From Candidatus Omnitrophota bacterium (GTDB lineage: Bacteria; Omnitrophota; Gorgyraeia; Pluralincolimonadales; Pluralincolimonadaceae): a DNA stretch of 64,000 bases. The translations under genes were made by a program, and so were the position numbers. The notes under the pieces were generated by a model that was not told where the DNA came from, made no database searches, and saw only the letters and a program-made list of their open reading frames with translations. Positions 44,207 through 55,660 of this stretch are shown here, piece after piece. Position 1 is the first letter of the stretch. The number at the start of each line of letters is the position of its first letter. The DNA lies in assembly GCA_003141835.1 (NCBI GenBank), contig PLNR01000008.1, positions 132,472 to 196,471 of the forward strand, in the 5' to 3' direction.

Positions 44207-45691
44207 TCATGAAATCCCTTTTTCTGCGGCCTCGATCGCCTTCATGGTCGCCCTGGCTTTGTTCACGGTCTCCTGGTATTCCTTTTCAGGGTCAGAGTCG
44301 GCGACTACCCCGCCTCCGGCCTGGACATAGGCATTAGTTCCTTTTATGACGATCGTCCTTATATTTATGCAGGTGTCGGTATTCCCGGAAAAACTGAAAT
44401 ATCCGACAAGCCCTGCATACGGGCCGCGCCGCGTATTCTCCAATTCCTCGATTATCTCCATCGCCCTGACCTTCGGCGCGCCTGAGACCGTGCCGGCCGG
44501 GAATGTCGCCCTTATGACGTCGAACATATCCTTATTCGCCTTGAGCTTCCCGGTGCATTCGCTGACTATATGCATCACATGGGAATATTTTTCGATGACC
44601 ATAAGTTCGGAGACCTTCACCGTCCCGTACCTGCAGACGCGGCCGATGTCATTCCGCCCCAGGTCGACGAGCATTATATGTTCCGCCCTCTCCTTTATGC
44701 TGGAGAGGAGGTTCTTTTCAAGGCGTCTCTCCTCTTCTTCGTCCCTGCCTCTCGGCCTTGTTCCTGCTATCGGCCTAAGTTTTACTACACCGTCCTCGCT
44801 CCTGACCATAAGCTCCGGCGAAGCGCCGACCAGCGATAAGTCCTTTAACTTGAGATAATACATATACGGCGAGGGATTTATCATCCTCAGCGCCCGGTAG
44901 AGGTCTATCCCTGAGGAGGTTATCTTCGCGCTGAACCGTTGGGAAGGCACGACCTGGATTATGTCGCCGATCCTGATGTAACCCTTCGCCTTTTTGACCA
45001 TGGATACGAATTCGGACCTTGTAAGATTCGATCTTACGTCAAGCCGGAAATCTTTTGTCTTCGCGGCCCTTTTTGCCTTCACGGCGAGCGGCGCATCCAG
45101 GAGTTTTACCAGGCTGTTGATCTTTTTTACGGCCTTATCATACGCCTTTGAAGCGTTGCCTGCGACATGCGCGTTCGATACGACCTTTATCTTGTGTTTC
45201 ACGTGGTCGAATATCAATATCGTGTCGGTAAGCAGGAATACCGAGTCCGGCACTTTAAGGTCGTCCGGATTCTTTGACGGAAGTTCCTCGAAAAACCTTA
45301 CCATATCGTAGCCCATGAAACCTACAAGCCCGCCGCAGAAACGCGGCAACCCGGCAGTATGTACAAATTTATACCTGCCGATGATCTTCTTCATCTCATC
45401 GAGCGGGTCGCCGGAAGCTGTAAATCTCTTCGTCTTCCCTTCCTCGATCATCTCTATGTTCCGCCCCTTGCTCTTGAATATAAGGGACGGCCCTGAGCCC
45501 AGGAAAGAATATCTCGCTATCTTCTCGCCGCCCTCGACCGATTCGAGCAGGAACGAATAGTCGCTCTTGTCTATCTTCATGAAGGCAGAAACCGGCGTCC
45601 CGAGGTCAGCCGTGATGTCCTTGAAGACCGGTATCAGGTTGCCTTTTTTGGCGAGCCGTATGAATTCTTCTTTCGAAGGCGTGTAACCCAT
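44207..45691 (-). CDS. trpE: Anthranilate synthase component I
   Basis: [42 protein letters not shown]. Confidence 0.97.
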   Translation of the reverse strand: MGYTPSKEEFIRLAKKGNLIPVFKDITADLGTPVSAFMKIDKSDYSFLLESVEGGEKIARYSFLGSGPSLIFKSKGRNIEMIEEGKTKRFTASGDPLDEMKKIIGRYKFVHTAGLPRFCGGLVGFMGYDMVRFFEELPSKNPDDLKVPDSVFLLTDTILIFDHVKHKIKVVSNAHVAGNASKAYDKAVKKINSLVKLLDAPLAVKAKRAAKTKDFRLDVRSNLTRSEFVSMVKKAKGYIRIGDIIQVVPSQRFSAKITSSGIDLYRALRMINPSPYMYYLKLKDLSLVGASPELMVRSEDGVVKLRPIAGTRPRGRDEEEERRLEKNLLSSIKERAEHIMLVDLGRNDIGRVCRYGTVKVSELMVIEKYSHVMHIVSECTGKLKANKDMFDVIRATFPAGTVSGAPKVRAMEIIEELENTRRGPYAGLVGYFSFSGNTDTCINIRTIVIKGTNAYVQAGGGVVADSDPEKEYQETVNKARATMKAIEAAEKGIS

Positions 45692-46080
45692 TATTTTTTG
45701 TAGACCCTATCCGGGTCGAATATCTTCTTGCCGGATACGGAGGTATTCCCTTTCTTGTCTTTTAGTTTGCGGTAAAAACACGAACGATAGCCCGTGTGGC
45801 AGGCCCCGCCGACCTGTTCGACCTTGACGAGGAGGCAGTCGCCGTCGCAATCGAACCTTATCTCCTTTACTTTCTGCACGTGGCCTGACGATTCCCCTTT
45901 CAGCCACAGTTTCTTCCTCGACCGGGAATAGAAATGGGCCCTCTTCGTCTCTATCGTCTTCTTCACGGCGACGTCGTTCATGTAAGCCACCATCAAGACT
46001 TCACCGTTTTTATAGTCCTGGATGACGGCCGGTATAAGCCCGTTGCCGTCGAATTTCAAACTGGAGATGAATTTCCTCAT
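45691..46080 (-). CDS. hisI: Phosphoribosyl-AMP cyclohydrolase (monofunctional)
   Basis: [30 protein letters not shown]; no HisE domain. Confidence 0.96.
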   Translation of the reverse strand: MRKFISSLKFDGNGLIPAVIQDYKNGEVLMVAYMNDVAVKKTIETKRAHFYSRSRKKLWLKGESSGHVQKVKEIRFDCDGDCLLVKVEQVGGACHTGYRSCFYRKLKDKKGNTSVSGKKIFDPDRVYKK

Positions 46081-46832
46081 AGCCTGACAGCGACTCCTTT
46101 TTTCTTTAAGTATTGCTTGGCTTCCTTTATCGAAAATTCCTTAAAATGGAATATCGAAGCGGCCAGTACCGCGTCGGCCTTTCCTTTTGTCAAACCGTCG
46201 TAGAGGTCTTCGAGCGTCCCTGCCCCGCCCGAGGCTATTACAGGCACCACTACCGCCTCGGATATCGCGCGGGTGAGTTCCAGGTCATAGCCTATCTTCG
46301 TCCCGTCGCGGTCCATCGAGGTCAACAGTATCTCTCCCGCGCCCCGCCTCACGGCTTCTTTCGCCCATTTGACCGCGTCCTTTCCCGTAGGCGTCCTTCC
46401 GCCGTGGGTGTAGACTTCCCAGCCCTTACCGTTACGCTTCGCGTCTATCGCGACGACTATGCACTGGTCGCCGAACCTGCCTGACGCTTCGGATATGAAC
46501 CCCGGGTCATTGACCGCGGACGTATTTATCGAGACCTTGTCGGCGCCGGCCTTTAACAGGTTGCGTATGTCGCTTATATTTCTTATCCCGCCGCCGACGG
46601 TCAGCGGCATGAATATCTTCTCAGCCGTCCGCCTGACGACCTCGAGCATGATATCCCTGTCCTCGTAACTGGCGGTTATATCGAGGAAGACGAGCTCGTC
46701 GGCGCCGGCCCTTTCATAGAACGAAGCGTTCGTGACAGGGTCGCCTGCGTCGCGCAGGTCCAGGAATTTCACGCCTTTTACGACGCGCCCGTCCTTGACG
46801 TCGAGGCACGGTATTATCCTTTTTGTGAACAT
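46077..46832 (-). CDS. hisF: IGP synthase cyclase subunit
   Basis: [29 protein letters not shown]. Confidence 0.98.
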   Translation of the reverse strand: MFTKRIIPCLDVKDGRVVKGVKFLDLRDAGDPVTNASFYERAGADELVFLDITASYEDRDIMLEVVRRTAEKIFMPLTVGGGIRNISDIRNLLKAGADKVSINTSAVNDPGFISEASGRFGDQCIVVAIDAKRNGKGWEVYTHGGRTPTGKDAVKWAKEAVRRGAGEILLTSMDRDGTKIGYDLELTRAISEAVVVPVIASGGAGTLEDLYDGLTKGKADAVLAASIFHFKEFSIKEAKQYLKKKGVAVRL

Positions 46833-47545
46833 ACCTTGTTCGCTTCCTTTATCAGTATCTTTCCGTCATAGATCGCGCGTCCGACTATCACTCCGATTAT
46901 CTCTTTCTTGTTATATTCCTTCAATATGCTAAGGTCAGCAAGGCTCGAGATCCCGCCGGATACTATCATGTCCATCTTCACACTGCCTAAAAAATCCAGG
47001 ATATTGGCGAAGCCCGGCCCCTGGAGCGTGCCGTCGCGGGAGATATCCGTATATTCTACCGTCTGCACGCCGAGCGTCTTTATCCTTTTGGCGAAATCCA
47101 TCGCTTTTATCTCGGTCGGGTTGACCCAGCCTTTTGTCTGCAAATAGCCGTCTTTTACATCGAGGCTCACGATTATCTTGTCCTTGTACCTGTCCACGGC
47201 CTTTTTAAGGAACGCCTCGTCCTCGCAGGCTTTGGTGCCGAGTATGGCGTATGAAGCCCCGGCGCTGATTATCGTCTGGAGGTCGGCCTCGGTCCTTATC
47301 CCGCCGCCTACTTCCACCGGGATGTCAATCGATGCGGTGATCTTGCGTATCCAATCCAGGTTCTTTAATTTTCCCTCTAGCGCGCCGTCGAGATCGACCA
47401 GATGCAGCCGTTTGGCGCCTTCACTCTGCCACCGCAAAGACATCTTGACAGGGTCGTTCGAATAGACCGTCTCTTTGGAGAAATCCCCCCTGAAAAGCCT
47501 TACGACCTTTCCTCCCCTAATGTCTACTGCAGGTATGACTATCAT
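46814..47545 (-). CDS. hisA: ProFAR isomerase
   Basis: [37 protein letters not shown]. Confidence 0.96.
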   Translation of the reverse strand: MIVIPAVDIRGGKVVRLFRGDFSKETVYSNDPVKMSLRWQSEGAKRLHLVDLDGALEGKLKNLDWIRKITASIDIPVEVGGGIRTEADLQTIISAGASYAILGTKACEDEAFLKKAVDRYKDKIIVSLDVKDGYLQTKGWVNPTEIKAMDFAKRIKTLGVQTVEYTDISRDGTLQGPGFANILDFLGSVKMDMIVSGGISSLADLSILKEYNKKEIIGVIVGRAIYDGKILIKEANKVCSQKG

Positions 47546-48153
47546 AGTTTTACGAAATTCCTCAGGATCTTAAGGCCCAACTCCTGGCTCTTCTCAGGAT
47601 GGAACTGGGTCGCATAAATATTATCCGAATACACCACCGACGGGAACTTGACGCCGTAGCCTGTCCAAGCAGCTACGCATTTTTTATCCGCAGGCACCGC
47701 GTAATAAGAGTGGACGAAATAGAAATACGAACCTTGGGGTACGCCTTTAAGCAGCGGGCAGTTCCCTTTTATATCCAACTGGTTCCAGCCCATATGCGGT
47801 ATCTTCAGTCTCCCGGGCCTGAACTTTACGACCTTTCCTTTTAAAAGGTCTAAACCTTTTGATATCCCGCCCTCTGCGCTTTTTGAAAAAATAAGCTGGA
47901 GACCGAGGCATAAACCCAGGAAAGGCTTGCCCTTCCCGGTAAATTCCTTTATCGGCTCTATCAGGCGGCGCGACTTAAGCTCCGCCATAGCGTCTTTGAA
48001 CGCGCCGACGCCTGGCACGATCACCTTGTCGGCGCGCAATATCTCGCGGGGTTTGCTTGAAATTATTACCCGCGCCCCGGCCTTCTCCAGCGCCTTTGAG
48101 ACACTGCGGAGGTTTCCCATCCCGTAATCTACTACTACGATACCGGGTTTCAT
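47542..48153 (-). CDS. hisH: IGP synthase glutaminase subunit
   Basis: VDYGMGNLRSV, PGVG, GLCLGLQ, PHMGWN, QFHPEKS; probable start ATG 48153. Confidence 0.96.
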   Translation of the reverse strand: MKPGIVVVDYGMGNLRSVSKALEKAGARVIISSKPREILRADKVIVPGVGAFKDAMAELKSRRLIEPIKEFTGKGKPFLGLCLGLQLIFSKSAEGGISKGLDLLKGKVVKFRPGRLKIPHMGWNQLDIKGNCPLLKGVPQGSYFYFVHSYYAVPADKKCVAAWTGYGVKFPSVVYSDNIYATQFHPEKSQELGLKILRNFVKL

Positions 48154-48190
48154 ACCCCGGCATTCCGAAGACAACTAGGTGAGGTCGTCA

Positions 48191-48799
48191 TCATAACTTC
48201 CCTTTTGTTGACGGCACCCCTTTGATGCGCGGGTCTATTCGTGTCGCGTCGCACAGGGCCCGCCCCAAAGCCTTGAATATAGCCTCGAGGACATGATGAA
48301 GGTCCTCTCCGCGGTACTCGATATGCAGGTTTATTCCCGCGTTCCTGACGAACGCCTCAAGGAATTGTTTCGCGCTGTTCAGGGAATACCCCTGCCTGTC
48401 GATATAGGTCGGCGGGACGGGTTTTCCCACGCACCGCATGTAAAGCGACGGTCTTCCGCTTATGTCCAGGGCGATGCGGGCGAGCGCCTCTTCCATCGGA
48501 ACGGCAACGTTCATCGAGCCGAAACGGCGTATGCCTTTCTTCTTCCCGAGCGCCTTGGAGAACGCCTCGCCCAGGGCGATGCCCACGTCCTCATTCGTGT
48601 GATGGATATCCACCTCGAGGTCGCCTTTAGCCATGACTTTAAGGTCGAAACAACCGTGCCTGGCGAACAAAGATAGCATGTGGTCGAGGAACCCGACGCC
48701 GGTATAGACGCGGAATTTGCCGGTCCCGTCGATGTTCAACTCAACCTTCACGTCCGTCTCTGTCGTCTTCCTCCGGTGTTTTACGGTCCTTTTTTTCAT
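48191..48799 (-). CDS. hisB: Imidazoleglycerol-phosphate dehydratase
   Basis: RKTTET, FLDHML, DIHHTNED, HHVLEAIFKA, PSTKG. Confidence 0.97.
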   Translation of the reverse strand: MKKRTVKHRRKTTETDVKVELNIDGTGKFRVYTGVGFLDHMLSLFARHGCFDLKVMAKGDLEVDIHHTNEDVGIALGEAFSKALGKKKGIRRFGSMNVAVPMEEALARIALDISGRPSLYMRCVGKPVPPTYIDRQGYSLNSAKQFLEAFVRNAGINLHIEYRGEDLHHVLEAIFKALGRALCDATRIDPRIKGVPSTKGKL

Positions 48800-50023
48800 C
48801 TAGAACCTCACTTTGATCGATTCCATGTGCTTGCTGAGCCCCTCGAGCTTCGATATCTTCTCGATCGACTTCTTCGCCTTCTCAAGCGCCTTCTTCGAAT
48901 ACGATATTATGTGCGACGACTTCACGAAGTCCTCCACGCCGAGGCCGGAGAAGAACCTCGCGGTCCCGCTCGTCGGCAGCACGTGACTGGGCCCCGCGAC
49001 ATAATCTCCTATAGCAGTGGGTGAATATTGGCCCAGGAATATCGCGCCGGCGTTGTGTATCTTCTTAAGCCACTTCTGCGGGTTCTTTACCATTATCTGC
49101 AAATGCTCCGGCGCGAGGCGGTTGACTATATCGCACGCCTCATCAAGGTTCTTTGCCAGTATTATATAACCGTTCGCCACTTCTCTCTTTAAAAGTTTTG
49201 CCAGGGGTTTGGAAGTGGTTACCAGTATCGGCAATCCCTTGAAATGTTCGCTTTGCGCCTCGAGGTCCTTGATCGCGAAAAGCGGGTTCGTAGACCTGTT
49301 CGCCAGGACGACCACCTCGGACGGGCCGGCTATCATGTCTATGTCGACGTAACCGAAGACCTGCCGCTTCGCCTCGGTGACGTAATCGTTTCCCGGGCCG
49401 ACTATCTTATCCACTTTCGGGATGGTCTTCGTGCCGAAGGCGAGCGCGGCTATCGCCTGGGCGCCGCCGACCTTGTAGATCTCGTCTACCTTGAGCAGGT
49501 TCGCGACGGCCAGTATGTGCGGGTCGACGCTCTGGTATTTATTTGGCGGGGTGCAAAGGACGATCTGCTTCACCCCGGCCACCTGCGCCGGCAGGACTGT
49601 CATATATACCGTTGATATGAGCGGGGCCGTGCCGGCCGGGACATATATCCCGACCCTTTCGATCGGCGCATACTTCTCGCCCAGGATCACACCGTCCCCG
49701 TCGACGATCCTCCATGACTTCTTGCCCTTAAATTGTTTCTTGTAAAATTTTGTGACGTTATCGATGATATTCTTGAGTTCGGATATGAATTCCGAGTCTA
49801 TGTCCTGGAACGCGCCGCTCGCCTCGCTCTCGGTCACCCTGAGTTGTTTTGCCGAAAGCTTCACCTTGTCGAACTTGCGGGTGTATTTTATGACAGCGTC
49901 GTCGCCGTTCGCCTTTACGTCCTCGACTATCCTGTTGACGCATTCGGTTATGCGTTTCTTGCGATTGTTATACCTGTTGCAGAGTTTCTCGAATTCCTTG
50001 CTGTAAAGCTTTATGACTTTCAT
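48800..50023 (-). CDS. hisD: Histidinol dehydrogenase
   Basis: GGAQAIAALA, IVGPGN, DMIAGPSE, APEHL, GDYVAGPSHVLPT. Confidence 0.96.
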   Translation of the reverse strand: MKVIKLYSKEFEKLCNRYNNRKKRITECVNRIVEDVKANGDDAVIKYTRKFDKVKLSAKQLRVTESEASGAFQDIDSEFISELKNIIDNVTKFYKKQFKGKKSWRIVDGDGVILGEKYAPIERVGIYVPAGTAPLISTVYMTVLPAQVAGVKQIVLCTPPNKYQSVDPHILAVANLLKVDEIYKVGGAQAIAALAFGTKTIPKVDKIVGPGNDYVTEAKRQVFGYVDIDMIAGPSEVVVLANRSTNPLFAIKDLEAQSEHFKGLPILVTTSKPLAKLLKREVANGYIILAKNLDEACDIVNRLAPEHLQIMVKNPQKWLKKIHNAGAIFLGQYSPTAIGDYVAGPSHVLPTSGTARFFSGLGVEDFVKSSHIISYSKKALEKAKKSIEKISKLEGLSKHMESIKVRF

Positions 50024-52689
50024 ATTTTAAGTTCCTTTACCGCCGCGACGCCGGCCTTCAATGCCTCATCCAGCTTTGAGATATCCTTGCCTCCGGCCTG
50101 GGCAAGGTCAGGCCTTCCCCCGCCGCCGCCCGAGATGATCTTCGATATATATTTAATGACAGCCCTCGAATCGAGCCCTGACTTAGCCAGGTCCTGGGAC
50201 ATTCCCACGACTATAAAGGCCTTTTCTTCGAACGCGCCAAGCAAGATAGTGACCGTCTTTTCTTTCAGGGACGCCTTTACCGCGTCGGTAAGGCTCACGA
50301 GAGTATCCCGAGCGCAGTCGTCCATCCTTCTCGCGACGAGAGTGATACTATTATCCAATAATTCCTTCTTTGAAACAAGTTCTTTCGCCTTCTCCGAGAG
50401 GTTTGCCGCCTCGTAACTCTTGAGCTTCTTTTCGAGGTCTTTAACCCGGCCTGCCAGTTTTTCTATCTGCGCGGGAAGGTCTTCCGGCTTTATCTTCAGC
50501 ATTTCGGCCACGGCCTTCAGGTCATCCTCGGATTCCTTTATCTTGTTGTAAGCGGCTTCGCCTGCGATAGCCTCGATCCTGCGAATACCTGCCGCGACAG
50601 ACGATTCGCCGGTTATCTTGAATAGCCCTATTTCGCCCGTAGCCTTAATGTGCGTGCCTCCGCATAACTCCTTCGAGATATCTTCGACGCTCACTACGCG
50701 CACCTTCATGTCGTATTTTTCGCCGAATAAGGCGGTCGCCCCTGACTTCTTGGCCTCCTCAAGGCCCATCTCTTTTACCGTTAACGGCGCGTTGCGCCTG
50801 ATGTAATCGTTGACCAGGCCCTCGGCCGCCTCGATCTCTTCGCCTGTGAGACCCTTGAAATGCGTAAAGTCGAACCTTAACCTCTCAGGCGCGACGAGAG
50901 AACCCGACTGGTTGACATGCGCACCAAGAACTTTCCTTAACGCGGCCTGCAGCAAATGCGTGGCCGTATGGTGCCTGGCGATCGCCATCCGCCGGTGGAT
51001 GTCGACTTTCGCATCGACCTTGTCGCCTGTTTTTACCCGCCCTTTTTCAAGCCTGCAGATATGCACCGTGATCTTTTCAATCAATTTCGTATCTATTACA
51101 TCGATCTTAAAATCGTTGTTCTCGATTATTCCCGCGTCTCCGACCTGGCCTCCGGTCTCCCCGTAAAAAGGCGTAACATCGAGGATGACGGCGAACTCTG
51201 CCGGTCCGGTCACTTCGCTAACCGGCTTATTATCTTTTATAATGGCTTTTATCGTCGAAGATGACTCTAATTTCTCGTAGCCTATGAACTCTGACTTCAC
51301 GCCGGCGCCTACGACCGCAGCTGTCAGCGTCTCAGCGAATATGTCCCCGGACAGCTTTGTCGCTCCGCGGGATTTCTTGCGCTGCTCTTCCATCAGCCGC
51401 TCGTAGCCTGCGAGGTCGAGTTTTAACCCTTCACCTGCGGCGAATTCTTTTATAAGGTCTATCGCAAGGCCGCGGGTATCGTGGAAATAGAAGATCTTAT
51501 CCCCGGGTATCGTATCTTTCTTTCCGGCCTTTAACGACGCGGACAAATTTTCAAGGTCAACCCTTAAGTCTTCACCTATCTGGTAGAACTTCTCCTCTTC
51601 GGATTTTATGATGACACTTATATTCTCGCGGCGCGAGCCGATCTCAGGATAGCCGCCTTTCATCGCCCTCACGACCGAATCGACCAGTTTATATAAGAAA
51701 GGCTCTTCAAACCCGAGATACTTTCCGTGGACGAGCGAACGGCGGATCAATGTCTTCAGGACATATCCCCTGCCCGTGTTAGCCGGAAGCACGCCGTCTG
51801 CGATGCAGAATACTGCCGCCCTCACGTGGTCAGCAACGGCATTCCTGTGGCCTGTGCCTTCCTTGTCCGAATTCGTATAGCTCTTTTTCGCCGGGTCTTC
51901 TATCAGCTGCGATATCTCGTCGATTATCGGTTTAAATATGTCAGTCTCGAAATTCGTCTCTACTCCCTGCATGACAGACGCAAGGCGCTCAAGGCCCATT
52001 CCGGTATCTATATTTTTACTGGGCAGAGGCTCGAGTTTATTCGGGCCTACGCGGTTGAACTGCGTGAAGACAAGGTTCCATACCTCGACATATCTCTTAC
52101 ATTTGTCACAGCCCGGCCCGCACTTAGGGTCTCCGCAGCCGTACTTCTCGCCGCGGTCGACATATATCTCGGAACAGGGGCCGCACGGCCCGTTCGGCCC
52201 GTCCTCAGGCGCGTTCGCCGGCCAAAAATTATCATGCGCGCCGAACCTCGTGATCTTTTCCTTGGGGACTTTTATCTTCTCTGACCAGATCCTGTATGCC
52301 TCATCATCGTCCTTGTAGACCGAGACCCATAGGTGCTCCTCCTTCATCCCAAGCTCTTTTGTCAAAAATTCCCACGCCCAGGCGATCGCCTCTTCCTTGA
52401 AGTAATCTCCGAAGGAAAAATTTCCGAGCATCTCGAAGAATGAATGGTGCGACGGGGTCTTGCCGACGTTATCGAGGTCGCCTGTCCGGAGGCACTTCTG
52501 GCAGCTCGCCGCGCGCTTCCGAAGGTCCTTGCGCTTGCCGAGGAAATAGTCCTTGAACTGGTTCATCCCGGCGCCGGTGAATAACAGCGACGGGTCGTCC
52601 TTAGGGACTAACGAGTCTGACGGGATGACCGGATGGCTTTTGGATTCGAAGAATGAGAGGAATTTACTCCTCAGTTGGTCCGTAGTCAT
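50020..52689 (-). CDS. alaS: Alanine--tRNA ligase
   Basis: FTGAGMNQFK, FEMLGNFSFGDY, DTGMGLER, HHTATHLL, ELCGGTH, GGGGG. Confidence 0.99.
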   Translation of the reverse strand: MTTDQLRSKFLSFFESKSHPVIPSDSLVPKDDPSLLFTGAGMNQFKDYFLGKRKDLRKRAASCQKCLRTGDLDNVGKTPSHHSFFEMLGNFSFGDYFKEEAIAWAWEFLTKELGMKEEHLWVSVYKDDDEAYRIWSEKIKVPKEKITRFGAHDNFWPANAPEDGPNGPCGPCSEIYVDRGEKYGCGDPKCGPGCDKCKRYVEVWNLVFTQFNRVGPNKLEPLPSKNIDTGMGLERLASVMQGVETNFETDIFKPIIDEISQLIEDPAKKSYTNSDKEGTGHRNAVADHVRAAVFCIADGVLPANTGRGYVLKTLIRRSLVHGKYLGFEEPFLYKLVDSVVRAMKGGYPEIGSRRENISVIIKSEEEKFYQIGEDLRVDLENLSASLKAGKKDTIPGDKIFYFHDTRGLAIDLIKEFAAGEGLKLDLAGYERLMEEQRKKSRGATKLSGDIFAETLTAAVVGAGVKSEFIGYEKLESSSTIKAIIKDNKPVSEVTGPAEFAVILDVTPFYGETGGQVGDAGIIENNDFKIDVIDTKLIEKITVHICRLEKGRVKTGDKVDAKVDIHRRMAIARHHTATHLLQAALRKVLGAHVNQSGSLVAPERLRFDFTHFKGLTGEEIEAAEGLVNDYIRRNAPLTVKEMGLEEAKKSGATALFGEKYDMKVRVVSVEDISKELCGGTHIKATGEIGLFKITGESSVAAGIRRIEAIAGEAAYNKIKESEDDLKAVAEMLKIKPEDLPAQIEKLAGRVKDLEKKLKSYEAANLSEKAKELVSKKELLDNSITLVARRMDDCARDTLVSLTDAVKASLKEKTVTILLGAFEEKAFIVVGMSQDLAKSGLDSRAVIKYISKIISGGGGGRPDLAQAGGKDISKLDEALKAGVAAVKELKI

Positions 52690-53134
52690 AATTTTCTTTG
52701 ATTATCTTCCATATCGTATTATACGAGAACCCGCGCCTGCCCAGGAAATCGAGGAGCTTCTTCTTAGCCTTCTCTTTTTCGATCCCTTTCATGTGCGCCA
52801 TCTTCCCGCGCACCAGCGGCATCGCTATCTCGTATTCGTCGAATGAGCCCTCTAATTCGCCGAATGCCCCGGCTATCGTCTCGTCATCGACGCCCTTGGC
52901 CTTAAGCTCCCTGCTGATAAGGTTCCTTCCAGACGGCCTGAGATTCATCCTGTCGCCGATCCAAAGCCTGGAGAAGACCCTGTCATCCAGGAACTTTTTT
53001 TCTTTCAACTCATCGATGACCCGGGCGATCACAAGACCCCGATGGCCTTTCTGCTTGAGCCGTTGGGCCATCTCCTTGACGCTGCGAGGGCGGAACCTCA
53101 ATAGCCTTGAGGCATCCGCCTTCGCCTTTTGCAA
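52664..53134 (-). CDS. recX: Regulatory protein RecX (start possibly upstream at ATA 53173)
   Basis: LLRFRPRSVKEM..LKQKG, FLDDRVF, ELKAKGV, FLGRRGFS. Confidence 0.9.
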   Translation of the reverse strand: MQKAKADASRLLRFRPRSVKEMAQRLKQKGHRGLVIARVIDELKEKKFLDDRVFSRLWIGDRMNLRPSGRNLISRELKAKGVDDETIAGAFGELEGSFDEYEIAMPLVRGKMAHMKGIEKEKAKKKLLDFLGRRGFSYNTIWKIIKENYDYGPTEE

Positions 53135-53156
53135 TGCCTCTTCATCTATTTCGATA

Positions 53157-54596
53157 TTATTTCTGTCCGTTATCTTTTTCTTCCTCTTTTACTTCTTCTT
53201 TGACCACGGCGTATCCGCGCGAGGTGAGGATAAGCACGTCACCTTTTGCCGATTTCACCGCGCCATCGTAATCTTTCATATTTTTTACGGGCTTCTTATT
53301 TATTTCCAGGATCACGTCGCCGCGCCTGAGGCCCGCCTCATCGGCCGGGCTGCCCGGCTCTACATTCGTGACGACTATACCGCCCTTTTCCGTGACCTTG
53401 TATTTTTGTGAGACAGCCGGAGTCAACTCCTGGGCTTCCAACCCGCGCCAGTTGCCCAATTCCGCTTCGGCATATTCCTTGAGCTCTTCCGGCCTCTGGG
53501 CGATCTCTATATCAAGTGCGACATCTTTCTTGTCCCTGAGGACGACGACTTTGACCTTCTTTCCGATCGGCGCCCTTCCTACGAGCTTTAACAGCTCCCG
53601 GACATTCTCGACCGGTTTGCCGTCGAAAGATTTTATTATATCCCCGCTCTTCATCTTGCCCTTCTCTGCGGGGCTTCCTGCCAATGTCCTGGCGACCAGG
53701 ACGCCCTTCGTCTCGGTAAGGCCGAACTGTTTAGCTAGGTCCTCATCGAGGTCCTGCACGTTCACGCCTAGCCAGCCATAAAGCACCTTCCTGCCTGAGA
53801 TGAGGTCGCTTAAGACGCGTTTCGCTGTATTTATCGGGATAGCGAACCCGATACCCTGGTATCCGCCTGTCGTGGATATTATCGCGACATTTATCCCTAT
53901 GACCTTTCCCTCGATATCGACTAGTGGACCTCCACTATTACCCGGGTTTATCGCCGCGTCGGTCTGCAGGAGGTCGGAATAATCCTTGTCGCCGTATGAA
54001 CGGGGCAAAGAACGGTTGAGCGCGCTTATTACTCCTACCGTGACCGTCGGCTTGTTGGCTATGCCGAAGGGGTTACCGACCGCTATCGCGAATTGGCCTA
54101 TCCTCACATTGTCCGAATCGTCCAGCTCGAGGGCTTTAAGGTCCTTGGCGTTTATCTTTAATACCGCCAGGTCTGCCCTCTCGTCCTGCCCCTTCACCTT
54201 AGCGGGAAACTTCCTGCCGTCTGATAACGTGACCTCTATCTTATCGGCGCCGTCGATGACATGCTGGTTCGTGAGGATAAAACCGTCCGCGTCGATTATG
54301 AAGCCGGAGCCGAGGCCGCGCTGCTGGAACTCGCGTTCCGGGATATCCCCGAAGAAGTCTTTGAAGAACTGGCGGAACATCTCATCGTTTCCCATAGAGC
54401 CCTTAGCGCCGCCCATCTTCGTCGTATGGACTGTCGAGATGGAGACGACGGCTACGCCGGCCTTATCCGCCACTTCGCCGAAAGTATTCTCGAGCGCTTT
54501 CGCGACGCTTAAGTCCTGCGGGTTAGCCGATGCCAGGCCGTTAAGGCCGGCCGCTAAAACCCCGATTACCAATACAAGTACAAACCGCTTAAACAT
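53157..54596 (-). CDS. degP: Do/DegP family serine protease with two PDZ domains
   Basis: Signal peptide, GSGFII, TNQHV, DLAV, QTDAAINPGNSGG. Confidence 0.93.
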   Translation of the reverse strand: MFKRFVLVLVIGVLAAGLNGLASANPQDLSVAKALENTFGEVADKAGVAVVSISTVHTTKMGGAKGSMGNDEMFRQFFKDFFGDIPEREFQQRGLGSGFIIDADGFILTNQHVIDGADKIEVTLSDGRKFPAKVKGQDERADLAVLKINAKDLKALELDDSDNVRIGQFAIAVGNPFGIANKPTVTVGVISALNRSLPRSYGDKDYSDLLQTDAAINPGNSGGPLVDIEGKVIGINVAIISTTGGYQGIGFAIPINTAKRVLSDLISGRKVLYGWLGVNVQDLDEDLAKQFGLTETKGVLVARTLAGSPAEKGKMKSGDIIKSFDGKPVENVRELLKLVGRAPIGKKVKVVVLRDKKDVALDIEIAQRPEELKEYAEAELGNWRGLEAQELTPAVSQKYKVTEKGGIVVTNVEPGSPADEAGLRRGDVILEINKKPVKNMKDYDGAVKSAKGDVLILTSRGYAVVKEEVKEEEKDNGQK

Positions 54597-54619
54597 TTTA
54601 ATTTACTCCTTCCGCATGT

Positions 54620-55660
54620 TTACGCGATGGTTTTTTCTTTTATCTTTTTTTCCAGTTCGTGGAGGACTTTCGGGTTTTCCTTAAGGAAGGCCTTGGCGTT
54701 CTCCCTGCCCTGCCCTAATTTCTCGCCGTTGTAAATAAGCCACGAACCCGATTTCTCGATTAGCGCGAGACCCACAGCAAGGTCGATGATATCTCCGGTC
54801 CTTGAGATACCTTCGTTATAGATAATATCGAACTCGGCCTGGCGGAACGGCGCAGCGACCTTGTTCTTGACGACTTTGACCCTGACGTGGCTTCCGACAG
54901 ACTGGTCGTTGATCTTTATGTTCTCGATGCGCCTTATATCGAGCCTGACAGACGCGTAAAATTTCAGCGCGCGGCCGCCGGGCGTCGTTTCGGGATTGCC
55001 GAACATCACGCCTATCTTCTCGCGGATCTGGTTTATGAATATGACCGAGGTCTTGGATTTGCATATCGAGGACGTCAGTTTGCGCAGCGCCTGTGACATG
55101 AGCCTTGCCTGAAGCCCCATGTGCGAGTCGCCCATCTCGCCTTCGATCTCGGCGCGGGGAACTAACGCTGCGACCGAATCGATGACGACAACGTCGACAG
55201 CGCTAGACTTGACCAGCGTCTCGCAGATCTCGAGCGCCTGCTCTCCGGAATCCGGCTGGGATATCAAAAGATCATCGAGATTCACACCCAACTTCTTCGC
55301 GTATGTGGAATCGAACGCGTGTTCTGCGTCGATGAAAGCGGCGGTCCCGCCTTTCTTCTGCGCCTCGGCGATCACGCTCAATGAGAGCGTCGTCTTGCCG
55401 GATGATTCCGGGCCATATATCTCAACAACGCGGCCCCTGGGTATGCCGCCTACGCCTATCGCCAGGTCGAGTGAAAGAGCGCCTGTCGGGATAGATTCGA
55501 CGGCCACATGGGTCTCTTGCCCCAGCTTCATTATGGAACCCTTGCCAAACTGCTTCTCAATGTGCGCCAGCGCCAATTCGAGCGCCTTTGTGCGCTCTCC
55601 CTGCTCCTTCTGTGCCTCTTTTTCTTCCCTTTTTACTTCCTTCTCGTCCTTCTTTACCAT
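54620..55660 (-). CDS. recA: Recombinase A
   Basis: [40 protein letters not shown]. Confidence 0.99.
   Translation of the reverse strand: MVKKDEKEVKREEKEAQKEQGERTKALELALAHIEKQFGKGSIMKLGQETHVAVESIPTGALSLDLAIGVGGIPRGRVVEIYGPESSGKTTLSLSVIAEAQKKGGTAAFIDAEHAFDSTYAKKLGVNLDDLLISQPDSGEQALEICETLVKSSAVDVVVIDSVAALVPRAEIEGEMGDSHMGLQARLMSQALRKLTSSICKSKTSVIFINQIREKIGVMFGNPETTPGGRALKFYASVRLDIRRIENIKINDQSVGSHVRVKVVKNKVAAPFRQAEFDIIYNEGISRTGDIIDLAVGLALIEKSGSWLIYNGEKLGQGRENAKAFLKENPKVLHELEKKIKEKTIA

Noticed and set aside
48154-48190. Short hisB-hisH spacer containing CTTCGG
   Set aside because: Stem too weak to support a structural or regulatory call
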